Both the position numbers and the translations under genes were made by a program. From the NCBI GenBank assembly GCA_965207445.1, contig CBDBLX010000002.1, forward strand, positions 1-64,000: a stretch of DNA of 64,000 bases, written 5' to 3'. Every line of letters starts with the position of its first letter. Position 1 is the stretch's first letter. Positions 54,055 to 63,242 of the stretch are shown in pieces. This stretch comes from Nitrosopumilus sp. Lineage in GTDB: Archaea > Thermoproteota > Nitrososphaeria > Nitrososphaerales > Nitrosopumilaceae. Below the pieces are notes generated by a model. The model ran no database searches. It was given only the letters and a program-made list of their open reading frames with translations, and was not told where the DNA came from.

Positions 54055-55584
54055 TCAACGTCTCTTGTATGTCTTTGAGTTTTCAACAAACATGTATGCA
54101 AATGCCGACATATCAAAGTACAAATGTCCATATGCTGCAAGTGTATTATACATCATAATACCATCTCGATATCTCCATATTCCCATATTGCGTGATTTTA
54201 CCTCTTCATCACTATTATGAAAATACGAGGCACGATATTCATCATCCGCATTATCTAATATCATACATAATTTGGCATCACGTGGAACATGAATCATCTT
54301 TGAGTAATGAAACTCGTGTCCCCTGAACGCATGTTTTTTACCACCCGTAATTGGCGTATACGAATCAATCATACCTTTAGTATATCCCAAGACTGGCCTT
54401 TTTGTCATTACAACACTGGGATCAAAGAGTCCCACCATCTTGTGCTTTGTGCCTTTCTGTGTTGTGATATCTTTGCAAAGATACATCAACCCACCACACT
54501 CAGCATATATTGGAGCCTCATCTTCTGCTGCGCGTTTTATTGATTTCATCATTGATTCGTTACGCTCTAGTTGCTCTGATAGTATCTCTGGAAAACCACC
54601 TCCAATGTATACACCATCGCATGCAGGTAGTTTCTTATCTGACACTGGACTAAAAAATATCAACTCTGCGCCCTCACGATATAATGCATCCAAGTTATCC
54701 TGATAATAGAAATTAAAAGAGTTATCCAATGCCACTGCAATAACTGGTTTATTACTATTTTTGGCCTTGTGCGGTATGGTACGTGGTTTTAACGATGAGA
54801 GTCCCAAATGTTGCGGTATGGTACGATTAATTTTTTTGCGAATAGTAGACGTTTGATTAGAAGATGCCATATGAGACAGAGGCGGCGGCAAGGGTCGCAC
54901 ACACGAAGATAATAAATCCAGTATACGGCTTGTATCTAATTTTATAGACTTTGCAATATCTTGTATACGCTCTTGCAATATAGTATGGTCTATAGTAGAG
55001 TCTAGTCCTAGATGCCGCTCTTTTAATTTCAAAGACTCGTCTCTGTGAATTGTTCCCAATATTGGAATATTCAAATCACTAAATGCATCCCAACAAATAT
55101 TTTGGTGTTTGTAGCTTGCTAATCGGTTCAATATCACACCTATGATTCTAGAGTTTTTTTTGAATGCCTTGAATCCTAAAGCAACAGCAGCTACTGAGCG
55201 TGCAGCCTTTGAGGCATCAACAACTAGTATGACAGGTGAGCGTGTGATTGATGAGACTTGAAAAGTACTAGCAAGATCAGTTTTACCATCATGTCCATCA
55301 TAGTATCCCATTACTCCCTCAATTACAGATATGTCCGAATTTTTTGAGTGAGTGAGAAAGCTCTCCAGTAACCTATTTTTACTACCCATAATCCAAGTGT
55401 CCAAATTATGTGCAGGACGTCCTGCTGCTACACCCAGATATAACGGATCAATATAATCAGGCCCAACTTTAAAGGGTGATACAGTAAATCCTTTATTTCT
55501 CAACTCGTTGATTATAGCACATGTGATGGTGGTCTTGCCGACACCACTTGATGCGCCTGCAATAATCAATCGTTTATTGCTCAT
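54055..55584 (-). CDS. cbiA: Cobyrinate a,c-diamide synthase
   Basis: SGVGKTT, FKVGPDYID, EGVMG, AECGG, HEFHYS; start MSNKR at 55584. Confidence 0.95.
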   Translation of the reverse strand: MSNKRLIIAGASSGVGKTTITCAIINELRNKGFTVSPFKVGPDYIDPLYLGVAAGRPAHNLDTWIMGSKNRLLESFLTHSKNSDISVIEGVMGYYDGHDGKTDLASTFQVSSITRSPVILVVDASKAARSVAAVALGFKAFKKNSRIIGVILNRLASYKHQNICWDAFSDLNIPILGTIHRDESLKLKERHLGLDSTIDHTILQERIQDIAKSIKLDTSRILDLLSSCVRPLPPPLSHMASSNQTSTIRKKINRTIPQHLGLSSLKPRTIPHKAKNSNKPVIAVALDNSFNFYYQDNLDALYREGAELIFFSPVSDKKLPACDGVYIGGGFPEILSEQLERNESMMKSIKRAAEDEAPIYAECGGLMYLCKDITTQKGTKHKMVGLFDPSVVMTKRPVLGYTKGMIDSYTPITGGKKHAFRGHEFHYSKMIHVPRDAKLCMILDNADDEYRASYFHNSDEEVKSRNMGIWRYRDGIMMYNTLAAYGHLYFDMSAFAYMFVENSKTYKRR

Positions 55585-55633
55585 GTGTATGTATGATAAC
55601 AATTCTAATAATATCTTGTTGTTTAGAATGTGC

Positions 55634-55824
55634 ATGGGAAAAGATGATGGACTAGTTATAGTGTATACAGGTAGGTGGTAAAGGCAAGACTACAGCGGCA
55701 CTCGGAATGGCATTACGTGCAGTAGGACATCAAAAGTGTGTATGTATGGTACAGTTCATCAAGGGGTCGTGGAGTTATGGTGAGATGTACTCTTCTAAAT
55801 TGTTAGAGCCACAGTTTGAGATGA
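55634..55824 (+). pseudogene. Truncated, frameshifted copy of cobO
   Basis: Matches 56746-56935 with an extra A (ACAGGTAGGTGG) and ends at 55824. Confidence 0.85.
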
Positions 55825-55892
55825 GTGTGAAGTTGTAGAGATGGACGGTTCTTTAGCAGATGGCACTATAAGAGGTTATAGTGAGTGGCCTG

Positions 55893-56064
55893 GTAACCGT
55901 CCAACCCCCGTAACCTGCGCCAGACGTTAGGCGGTGAATTTGTGCCTAAATTTGGGAAGGGGTTGGTAACCGTTCAACCTCCGTACTTGCGCCAGACGTT
56001 AGTCGGTGAATTTGTGCCTAAATTTGGGAGGGAGTTGAACGGTTACAAGGGGTTGAACGGTTAC
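55893..56064. mobile_element. Two nested 81-bp IS66-type MITEs
   Basis: Inner copy 55966-56046 is flanked by the 9-bp TSD AAGGGGTTG inside the outer copy's right end. Confidence 0.9.
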
Positions 56065-56356
56065 CATTTTTATAATGGCAAAATCTATAATGGTTGTTAT
56101 CAATCCCGTTGCTGTCCACAAAGGGCCGCAGTTTTTTTCAGAATTTTTTTATCAAAGCCACATAAAGACTATCTGGGTTTCAGCCGCATGCTTTGTCCAA
56201 TTCTGGACTGCATGTATCTTTTTATTTAATAGTTTGTAAGAGATGTTGGTTGACGATCCCGGTGTAGTTTACTAGGCTACTCCACTTTTTTCAGAATCTT
56301 TTTTAATATATCTAAACCTAGCATGTATATGCAGTATCATGAGATGTGTACTGTAT

Positions 56357-56696
56357 TGATTGATGAGACTTGAAAAGTACTAGCAAGATCAGTTTTGCCA
56401 TCATGTCCATCATAGTATCCCATTACTCCCTCAATTACAGATATGTCCGAATTTTTTGAGTGAGTGAGAAAGCTCTCCAGTAACCTATTTTTACTACCCA
56501 TAATCCAAGTGTCCAAATTATGTGCAGGACGTCCTGCTGCTACACCCAGATATAACGGATCAATATAATCAGGCCCAACTTTAAAGGGCGAGACAGTAAA
56601 TCCTTTATTTCTCAACTCGTTGATTATAGCACATGTGATGGTGGTCTTACCGACACCACTTGATGCGCCTGCAATAATCAATCGTTTATTGCTCAT
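56357..56696 (-). pseudogene. Truncated 5' copy of cbiA
   Basis: Near-identical to 55245-55584; diverges after FQVSSI. Confidence 0.88.
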
Positions 56697-56745
56697 GTGT
56701 ATGTATGATAACAATTCTAATAATATCTTGTTGTTTAGAATGTGC

Positions 56746-57294
56746 ATGGGAAAAGATGACAGACTAGTTATAGTGTATACAGGTGGTGGTAAAGGCAAGA
56801 CTACAGCGGCACTCGGAATGGCATTACGTGCAATAGGACATCAAAAGTGTGTATGTATGGTACAGTTCATCAAGGGGTCGTGGAGTTATGGTGAGATGTA
56901 CTCTTCTAAATTATTAGAGCCACAGTTTGAGATGATTGCAGCAGGAAAAGGTTTTGTTGGGATTATAGATGATCACAGTCCCCGAGAAGAGCACCAAAAG
57001 ATTGCAAGGCAAGCATTAGAGTTGGCAAAAGAAAAGATACAGTGCGGCAAGTATGATATTGTGATATTAGATGAGATAAACTATGCAATTGACCTAGGAT
57101 TGGTAGAATTGGCAGATGTGCTTGATGTTATAGATGCACGTGGTGGTGGTGATAGTAGCACTACAACAATAGTACTAACTGGTAATCGCGCCCCCAAAGA
57201 GATCATTGAGCAAGCAGACTTGGTGACAGAGATGAAGGAGATCAAGCATCCATTCAAAAAAGGAATAAAGGCAAAAAAGGGTATCGACTTTTAG
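56746..57294 (+). CDS. cobO: Cob(I)yrinic acid a,c-diamide adenosyltransferase
   Basis: YTGGGKGKTTAALG, QFIKG, LDE, LTG, KHPF, GIDF. Confidence 0.95.
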   Translation: MGKDDRLVIVYTGGGKGKTTAALGMALRAIGHQKCVCMVQFIKGSWSYGEMYSSKLLEPQFEMIAAGKGFVGIIDDHSPREEHQKIARQALELAKEKIQCGKYDIVILDEINYAIDLGLVELADVLDVIDARGGGDSSTTTIVLTGNRAPKEIIEQADLVTEMKEIKHPFKKGIKAKKGIDF

Positions 57295-57328
57295 AAACTG
57301 TTTAATGTGCCCAAGACAACATATCTAC

Positions 57329-58162
57329 ATGTCTACTACCACAACAACAACAACAGATGACAATGTACCAGAACAAGGCGAGATTGTAATTGCGACTGTC
57401 ACAAAAGTGATGGATCATGGAGCATACGTGTCACTAGACGAATATGATGGAGTACAGGGATTTTTACACATCTCAGAGATTGCACCAGGATGGATACGCT
57501 CTATTAACAAACATGTCAAAAATGGCGAGAAAAAGGTACTAGTAGTCAAAAAGGTAAATCCCCACAGAGGTGATATTGACTTGTCACTCAAGCAGATCTC
57601 AAAGGATCAAAGAAAACAGAAACTCAAAGAGGTAAAGAGGTACGAAAAGGGCAATACACTATTACAAAATGTACAAGACAAGCTAAATCTGAGTGAGGAG
57701 GACATTACAAAATTAGAGGACAAGATATACACAAAGTTTGACTCTGTGTATGATGCGTTCATAGAGATAGGGCGTAGAGGTGAGGGTGTAGTTGAGAATA
57801 TGCAAATTGATGATAAAATTGTGCAAGTTATGTTAGATGTGGCATCAAAAATCAAACTACCATCAGTTGAGATTAGAGGAGTAATGGAGATAACAAGTAG
57901 TAGACCCAATGGTGTAGAGGTGATAAAAGAGGTATTACAGGGTGCTGCTGCAATATCAGATAACAAAGACAGTACAACAGAAAAGACAGAGATCACTTAT
58001 TTGGGCGCGCCAAAATATAGACTGTCAGTTATATCAGAGGATTTCAAATCTGCCGAAAAGTCACTAAAACCAATAGTAGCAGAGATTCAGTCACGTATCG
58101 AAAAGAAAAAGGGCACATTTAGTTTTACGCGAGAAGAGTCAAAAAAGACGAGGGATAACTAG
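57329..58162 (+). CDS. eif2a: Translation initiation factor 2 alpha subunit
   Basis: S1 domain GAYVSLDEY...LHISEI, IDLSLK, YLGAPKY. Confidence 0.95.
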   Translation: MSTTTTTTTDDNVPEQGEIVIATVTKVMDHGAYVSLDEYDGVQGFLHISEIAPGWIRSINKHVKNGEKKVLVVKKVNPHRGDIDLSLKQISKDQRKQKLKEVKRYEKGNTLLQNVQDKLNLSEEDITKLEDKIYTKFDSVYDAFIEIGRRGEGVVENMQIDDKIVQVMLDVASKIKLPSVEIRGVMEITSSRPNGVEVIKEVLQGAAAISDNKDSTTEKTEITYLGAPKYRLSVISEDFKSAEKSLKPIVAEIQSRIEKKKGTFSFTREESKKTRDN

Positions 58163-58335
58163 TGCGTTTTTTATTGCGTAGATGTGTCTCATGCAAAAAG
58201 TACACATTAAAAGTCAAATGTCCCACATGTGATGCAGATACAGTGTCAGCACATCCTGCCAAATATTCACCTGATGACAAATATGCCAGATACAGGCTAG
58301 CATCAAGATACAACTCTGAGAGTAAGGGTGTATAG
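58162..58335 (+). CDS. nop10: H/ACA RNP protein Nop10 (missing from the ORF track)
   Basis: GTG start; MRFLLRRCVSCKKYTLKVKCPTC...HPAKYSPDDKYARYR; conserved position after aIF2-alpha. Confidence 0.93.
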   Translation: MRFLLRRCVSCKKYTLKVKCPTCDADTVSAHPAKYSPDDKYARYRLASRYNSESKGV

Positions 58336-58382
58336 TTCACCGATTAATCACAAATACGGTGTAAAAATAATTATATGTGTAT

Positions 58383-58853
58383 TTAATCAGGAGAGTATTT
58401 GCCACGCAGTTGCGCGCTAGCCAGTATATGTGGCTTTATTGCATCTTCTAACTGTTTTTTTGTCGTAGTGGCGGGAAGATCAAGTATTGCATCCAAGGCA
58501 TAAAGCGTAAAGATGTAAGTGTGTTCTTTGTCAGGGGGTGCGGGTCCACCATACCCAGTAGTTCCAAAGTCCGTGACACCTTGTATTGAGCAGTTAGGCG
58601 CAGAGTTCTCTTTGATTTGAGTCGTATCAGGTAGGATATTCCAGACTATCCAATGAGACCATACTTTGCCTGCAGGTTTCATAGCATCAGGATCATCCAT
58701 TATCAGAGCAAGTGATTTTGCATCAGAGGGAATACCAGTGAATGAGAGTTGTGGACTATGATTGTCGTTTTTGTATCCATGTTTTTTTGGAATCTGTCCA
58801 TTGTTCTCAAACGCATCACTTGTTATTGTGATATGTGTCATATATGATATCAC
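58383..58853 (-). CDS. YbhB/YbcL (PEBP) family protein
   Basis: DDPDA, HWIVWN, GYGGPAPP, HTYIFTLYALD. Confidence 0.92.
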   Translation of the reverse strand: MISYMTHITITSDAFENNGQIPKKHGYKNDNHSPQLSFTGIPSDAKSLALIMDDPDAMKPAGKVWSHWIVWNILPDTTQIKENSAPNCSIQGVTDFGTTGYGGPAPPDKEHTYIFTLYALDAILDLPATTTKKQLEDAIKPHILASAQLRGKYSPD

Positions 58854-58891
58854 AGAGTACTAAAATTAAGGGTTTCTTTTATTAAATAATA

Positions 58892-59281
58892 TCATACATG
58901 AGACTCTAAAACAATATTATCATTTGAAAATGACATTATTGTGCACCCACACCCTACAAGTGTTCGTTTTAGCTGTCTGTCCATTGTCGCTACTATAAGA
59001 TTACCATCATGTCTTTGCGCGTAAGAGATGATTGCATCATCTGCATTAATAATATTGTCAGATATCGATATGGTTTCAAATCCTTTGATGTATGATAATG
59101 TCTGTTTTGCATCTTCCTGCTTGGTATCATTGTGCTTTGATATATGAATTAATTCGTCTAAAACTACACGTGGGACTACAAACGATACATCACCTATCTC
59201 TTGGCCTAGTCTGTCAATGTTTCTGATTCGCCTAGTGGCCAGATGCATCAAAAAGCTAGTATCACATATAACATCAGTCAA
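58892..59281 (-). CDS. PIN-domain protein
   Basis: CDTSFL, VLDEL, ADDAI, ATMD; downstream of aIF2-gamma. Confidence 0.88.
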   Translation of the reverse strand: MTDVICDTSFLMHLATRRIRNIDRLGQEIGDVSFVVPRVVLDELIHISKHNDTKQEDAKQTLSYIKGFETISISDNIINADDAIISYAQRHDGNLIVATMDRQLKRTLVGCGCTIMSFSNDNIVLESHV

Positions 59282-60551
59282 CTATACCTGCGCCAATCAG
59301 TCTCCACCGATCAGCTATCCTCCTGCTGATTGCAACACGGCCGCCCTCAAATACACATACAGGGCGCTTTAACTCGACCTCTATCACATTGCTATCCCCA
59401 CCTACTCGCAAACGCGTTACCTGACCAGGTATGGGCGCTGTTCCAATATTCAAGCGCAACATTTCACCTGTCTGAATGGGTTTGATCTTTACATCCTTCG
59501 TAGTACCTACTGCCGAATCAAATAGACTAATTGACATTTTTAGCACAGTTGTACTCTGAGGGAGTGTATCAGGATGACCAATAACAGATCCTATGAAAGA
59601 GTCGCTGCGCGTCATAGATGGGTCTAGTTTAGTGCCAATTGCAACAAGTCCACCAGGTTTTACTGACTCTACAGTACCTGCTCCTGTTCCTAGTGATGTG
59701 ATCTCAGTAATTAGTGGCGTGTACTGTCCTTTGCGTTTTTCAGATATTATACCCGGTTTTATCTCGATCTCATCGCCCACATTAAATACACCCTGAGTTA
59801 AACTACCGCCTATCACACCACCCTTTATCTTGTTTATACTAGTACCAGGACGGTTCACATCAAATGAGCGCAATACATGCATTACAGTGTTTTTGCTCTC
59901 ATCACGGTCAGGTGTCTGGATAGTGGACTCTATTGCGCCAATCAACGCATCAACATTAAGTGATGATTGTGCAGACACTGGAATTATGGGTGGATTTTTC
60001 ACATGTGTTTTATCTAGAAAATTTACAATGTCTTTGTGGTTTGCCAAGGCGTCTTGATATGTTAATAGATCTACTTTGTTCTGTATGACTACAATCTGTT
60101 TTATTCCTAGTGTTTGAAGTGCTAGCATGTGTTCTTTTGTCTGAGATCTTGGAACGTGTTCATTTGCTGCAACCAAAAGGAGGGCGCCATCCATCAAAGC
60201 AGAACCAGATAACATATTTGCCATCAAACTCTCATGTCCCGGACTATCAACAAAACTCACTACTCGGGTAAGTTCACTATCATCGCTACAGTGATTGCAT
60301 TTAGAAGTGGTAGAGTATCCCCCAGGCTCATCACAACTAGCACACTTGTAAAATGCCGCATCAGAGTATCCCACACGTATAGTTATGCCTCGCTTTAGTT
60401 CTTGGCTGTGCACACTAGTCCATGAACCAGTAAGTGCTTGAATCAAAGTAGTCTTGCCATGATCAACGTGTCCGGCCGTTCCTATGTTTACACAGGGCTG
60501 ATAGCCGAATTTTTTTATGTACCAATCAGGGAGTGTGTCACGCCAATGCAT
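59274..60551 (-). CDS. eif2g: Translation initiation factor 2 gamma subunit
   Basis: GHVDHGKTT, RGITI, DSPGH, NKVD, WRLIG. Confidence 0.97.
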   Translation of the reverse strand: MHWRDTLPDWYIKKFGYQPCVNIGTAGHVDHGKTTLIQALTGSWTSVHSQELKRGITIRVGYSDAAFYKCASCDEPGGYSTTSKCNHCSDDSELTRVVSFVDSPGHESLMANMLSGSALMDGALLLVAANEHVPRSQTKEHMLALQTLGIKQIVVIQNKVDLLTYQDALANHKDIVNFLDKTHVKNPPIIPVSAQSSLNVDALIGAIESTIQTPDRDESKNTVMHVLRSFDVNRPGTSINKIKGGVIGGSLTQGVFNVGDEIEIKPGIISEKRKGQYTPLITEITSLGTGAGTVESVKPGGLVAIGTKLDPSMTRSDSFIGSVIGHPDTLPQSTTVLKMSISLFDSAVGTTKDVKIKPIQTGEMLRLNIGTAPIPGQVTRLRVGGDSNVIEVELKRPVCVFEGGRVAISRRIADRWRLIGAGIVD

Positions 60552-60647
60552 AGTAAAAGTCGTGAATTATAGTATGTTAAGTTTGTTTTGGAAGAAGGGT
60601 ATTTTATGGGTGTTTTTGTTTTTGTATAAGACAAGTAAATTTGAGAC

Positions 60648-61028
60648 TTAGGATTTATCATCAGGGCTTTCTTGTTTTTCTTCTGGGAATTCTCCATCAT
60701 ACCTACAGTTAATCTGGTAAATCTCTTCGGATACTGTATTTCCACGCATAAGTTTGCGGACACGTTGTCCTTTTTCTGCTGCTTGCAATCCCACACCTTT
60801 TGAGAGTAGTACATACTTTCTAGCAGCCCCGTGTATGTCATTGCGCATAGGCACACCAGACTTGTCGCTACCGCCTGTCAGTATGATCTTGCCAGATAAC
60901 CCAACTATAGTAGCGTCAGTTTCTGCTCCTAGTTGAAGTCCTAGTAGTGGAATAGCATCAGAGTCCTTTAGCTCTTTTGAGATCGATTTTCCTTTAGAGT
61001 CAGATATGGTCACTTTGAAATTTGCCAT
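60648..61028 (-). CDS. rps6e: 30S ribosomal protein S6e
   Basis: TGGSDKSGVPM, GQRVRKLMRGN. Confidence 0.96.
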   Translation of the reverse strand: MANFKVTISDSKGKSISKELKDSDAIPLLGLQLGAETDATIVGLSGKIILTGGSDKSGVPMRNDIHGAARKYVLLSKGVGLQAAEKGQRVRKLMRGNTVSEEIYQINCRYDGEFPEEKQESPDDKS

Positions 61029-61444
61029 ATATACATTGAGAATAGAAAGCTAATAATCCTTTGCTTCAACTGGTTCGTAACCGTTCACCTATGTTAATCC
61101 CCCAAACGTGGTTGAGTCCAGTCTGTCGTTGCATTTTTGTTCCATACCTATAGCAACGAGCATAAGTCCAGGTGTGCCAATTTTACACGATTTTATGCCT
61201 GAAAAGATCATATGTAAAAATATTATATTTTGAAAACGTTACATCTGTTTTTAATATGAATAGAAATATTTCAGATATGCATTGTAACAAGTGCAGTGTT
61301 TGTACCATGCCCCAAAAAATTAGTACTTTATATTTTACTAGTTTGTAATTGGCAAATATGCCGCGTTACCGCAAAAAATTTTGCAGTCGTTTAGGCGTGC
61401 CTATTTTTGGGAAAGTTTTAAATGATCAAATTATTTACTAGGGT

Positions 61445-61720
61445 ATGGACCTGCTTGAACAGTTGTTGAACATACGAAAAACCGAAAAAGACGGTCGTGT
61501 CGTACGCAGATTGTGCATGTTAATTTTATTTTTTAGTTTGGGCATATTTAGTGATACTGAACGAAAACACAGCTACGATAGAAGAACAGTTGCAATGTGG
61601 TGACACAGATTAAAGGCTGCAAGAAAGACACCAAAAGGTATCCGAGATGCATTATCAGACAGGCTCAGGTCAGGATGGCCAACTTACCTGCGTCATCTAG
61701 TCACAACACCTAAAATTTGA
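61445..61720 (+). pseudogene. IS630-like transposase N-terminal HTH remnant
   Basis: KDGRVVRRL...RTVAMW*HR...ALSDRLRSGWP with an internal stop. Confidence 0.5.
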
Positions 61721-61904
61721 CATCATATCAACTGCTAAAATTTACATGACTCACAATTCGGACTATCATGCCCATCACCTTACACCTAGACATAATTAAT
61801 TCGGGGTTATCCTCTGTGATATCATTAATTGACCCGTGCTGGCGTGCTTGTTTATGATCATCAATAATTAGACCTGAATGCTTACGATCTAGAAGCGCCT
61901 TTTC

Positions 61905-61985
61905 GTAACCGTTCAACCTCTTCCCAAATTTAGGCACAGACTCACCGCCTAACATCTGGTGCAGGCACGGGGGTTGAATGGTTAC
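61905..61985. mobile_element. 81-bp IS66-type MITE
   Basis: TIRs plus 9-bp TSD CGCCTTTTC (61896-61904, 61986-61994). Confidence 0.93.
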
Positions 61986-62034
61986 CGCCTTTTCCATCAA
62001 ATGGTTAATAAGGGATAAAATCCAGGCTCGCCAT

Positions 62035-63237
62035 ATGAAGATTAATCAGATGATAGAATATGTGGAAAAATCCAATGCAATACGTCGTATCCGTCACCTA
62101 CAACCCATTGGTGGGGAAGGAAGTTATGTCGCACCCCCCACATATCTAGACAGTAATAAAAAGCCCGTACATGTCTTTGAAAGGCGTAGAATTACAGGTA
62201 ATGATACACAGTGTGTATTGCTAGACAGTGTACAATCACAAGCCAATAGATTTGAGGAAGCATTATCACAAGCATTACAGGTAGGGGAGCTAGCCATACC
62301 AGATGTACAGGTTGATTTCCGTGATGCTGTAGAGGATGTAGGAATCATATCGTCATTACGCGCACCCCACAGGATATTCGACGCGATCATACGAGACTCC
62401 AAACTTGGTTCAGAGGAATTTTCTAAGACTGAGATTGGTAGAGATATAGACAAGGCAACGCCACGTAATGCGCTGGCACTGTTTCGCTTCTCTCCCACTA
62501 CCCTTATTTTTGGAGGATGGAACTCTAGTGGAGACAGAGGGGGAAATGGGCCGCGATTTCAGCGGTGTATTGTGTCAGAGATAATTGGCATAGATGTTCC
62601 AGTCACCACCACGCAGGACAACAAGAACGGGCAGATCACAACCATGCCAGAGGGCAAAAAGCCGTCCAGTAGAATTGATCCCTTAGAGATCGAAAAGACG
62701 AACATCTTCAAATCCAACACATTAAAATCTGAATGGTCACATAGTGAGTTCCAAAATAGCACAAAAGCCAAACCATCAGATGTAATGCACGGAAACATTC
62801 CCCCACAGATCGCCAACCAAGGGGTAACAATAGACTACGCACAGCAGACCACCACGATAACGTTTGCTGGAATTAGAAAATTGTCATTTCCAGATGAGAG
62901 TGGCAAGACCACGCACGAACGAGATGTGGCAGCATGGACTACGCTTGTCGCGCTGGCACTATGTGCAATCACTGAAAACGACAAGAAAGGCTACGCATTA
63001 AGATCAAGATGTGACCTATACCCAAAATCCAGCAAGACAGAGATAGTACACAACAACGGCGACATAGATGAAGTTGACATTACAGTTGAAGACTCAAAGA
63101 AACTGCTTGATGAGACCACTGCAACAGCAAAAGAATTTGGTCTGCCCTGGGAGACTGAGCCCATAATACTATCGCCGCAGGAAAAACTTGTAGACCTCAT
63201 AAAAAAATCCAGAAGTCTCATCCCCACACCGGACTAG
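62035..63237 (+). CDS. csb1: Type I-G (I-U) CRISPR-associated Cas7/Csb1
   Basis: LQPIGG...PPTY, LDSVQSQANRFEEAL, APHRIFDA, LIFGGWNS, LRSRCDL; the ATG at 61978 lies in the MITE, so 62035 is preferred. Confidence 0.92.
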   Translation: MKINQMIEYVEKSNAIRRIRHLQPIGGEGSYVAPPTYLDSNKKPVHVFERRRITGNDTQCVLLDSVQSQANRFEEALSQALQVGELAIPDVQVDFRDAVEDVGIISSLRAPHRIFDAIIRDSKLGSEEFSKTEIGRDIDKATPRNALALFRFSPTTLIFGGWNSSGDRGGNGPRFQRCIVSEIIGIDVPVTTTQDNKNGQITTMPEGKKPSSRIDPLEIEKTNIFKSNTLKSEWSHSEFQNSTKAKPSDVMHGNIPPQIANQGVTIDYAQQTTTITFAGIRKLSFPDESGKTTHERDVAAWTTLVALALCAITENDKKGYALRSRCDLYPKSSKTEIVHNNGDIDEVDITVEDSKKLLDETTATAKEFGLPWETEPIILSPQEKLVDLIKKSRSLIPTPD

Positions 63238-63242
63238 TAGAA

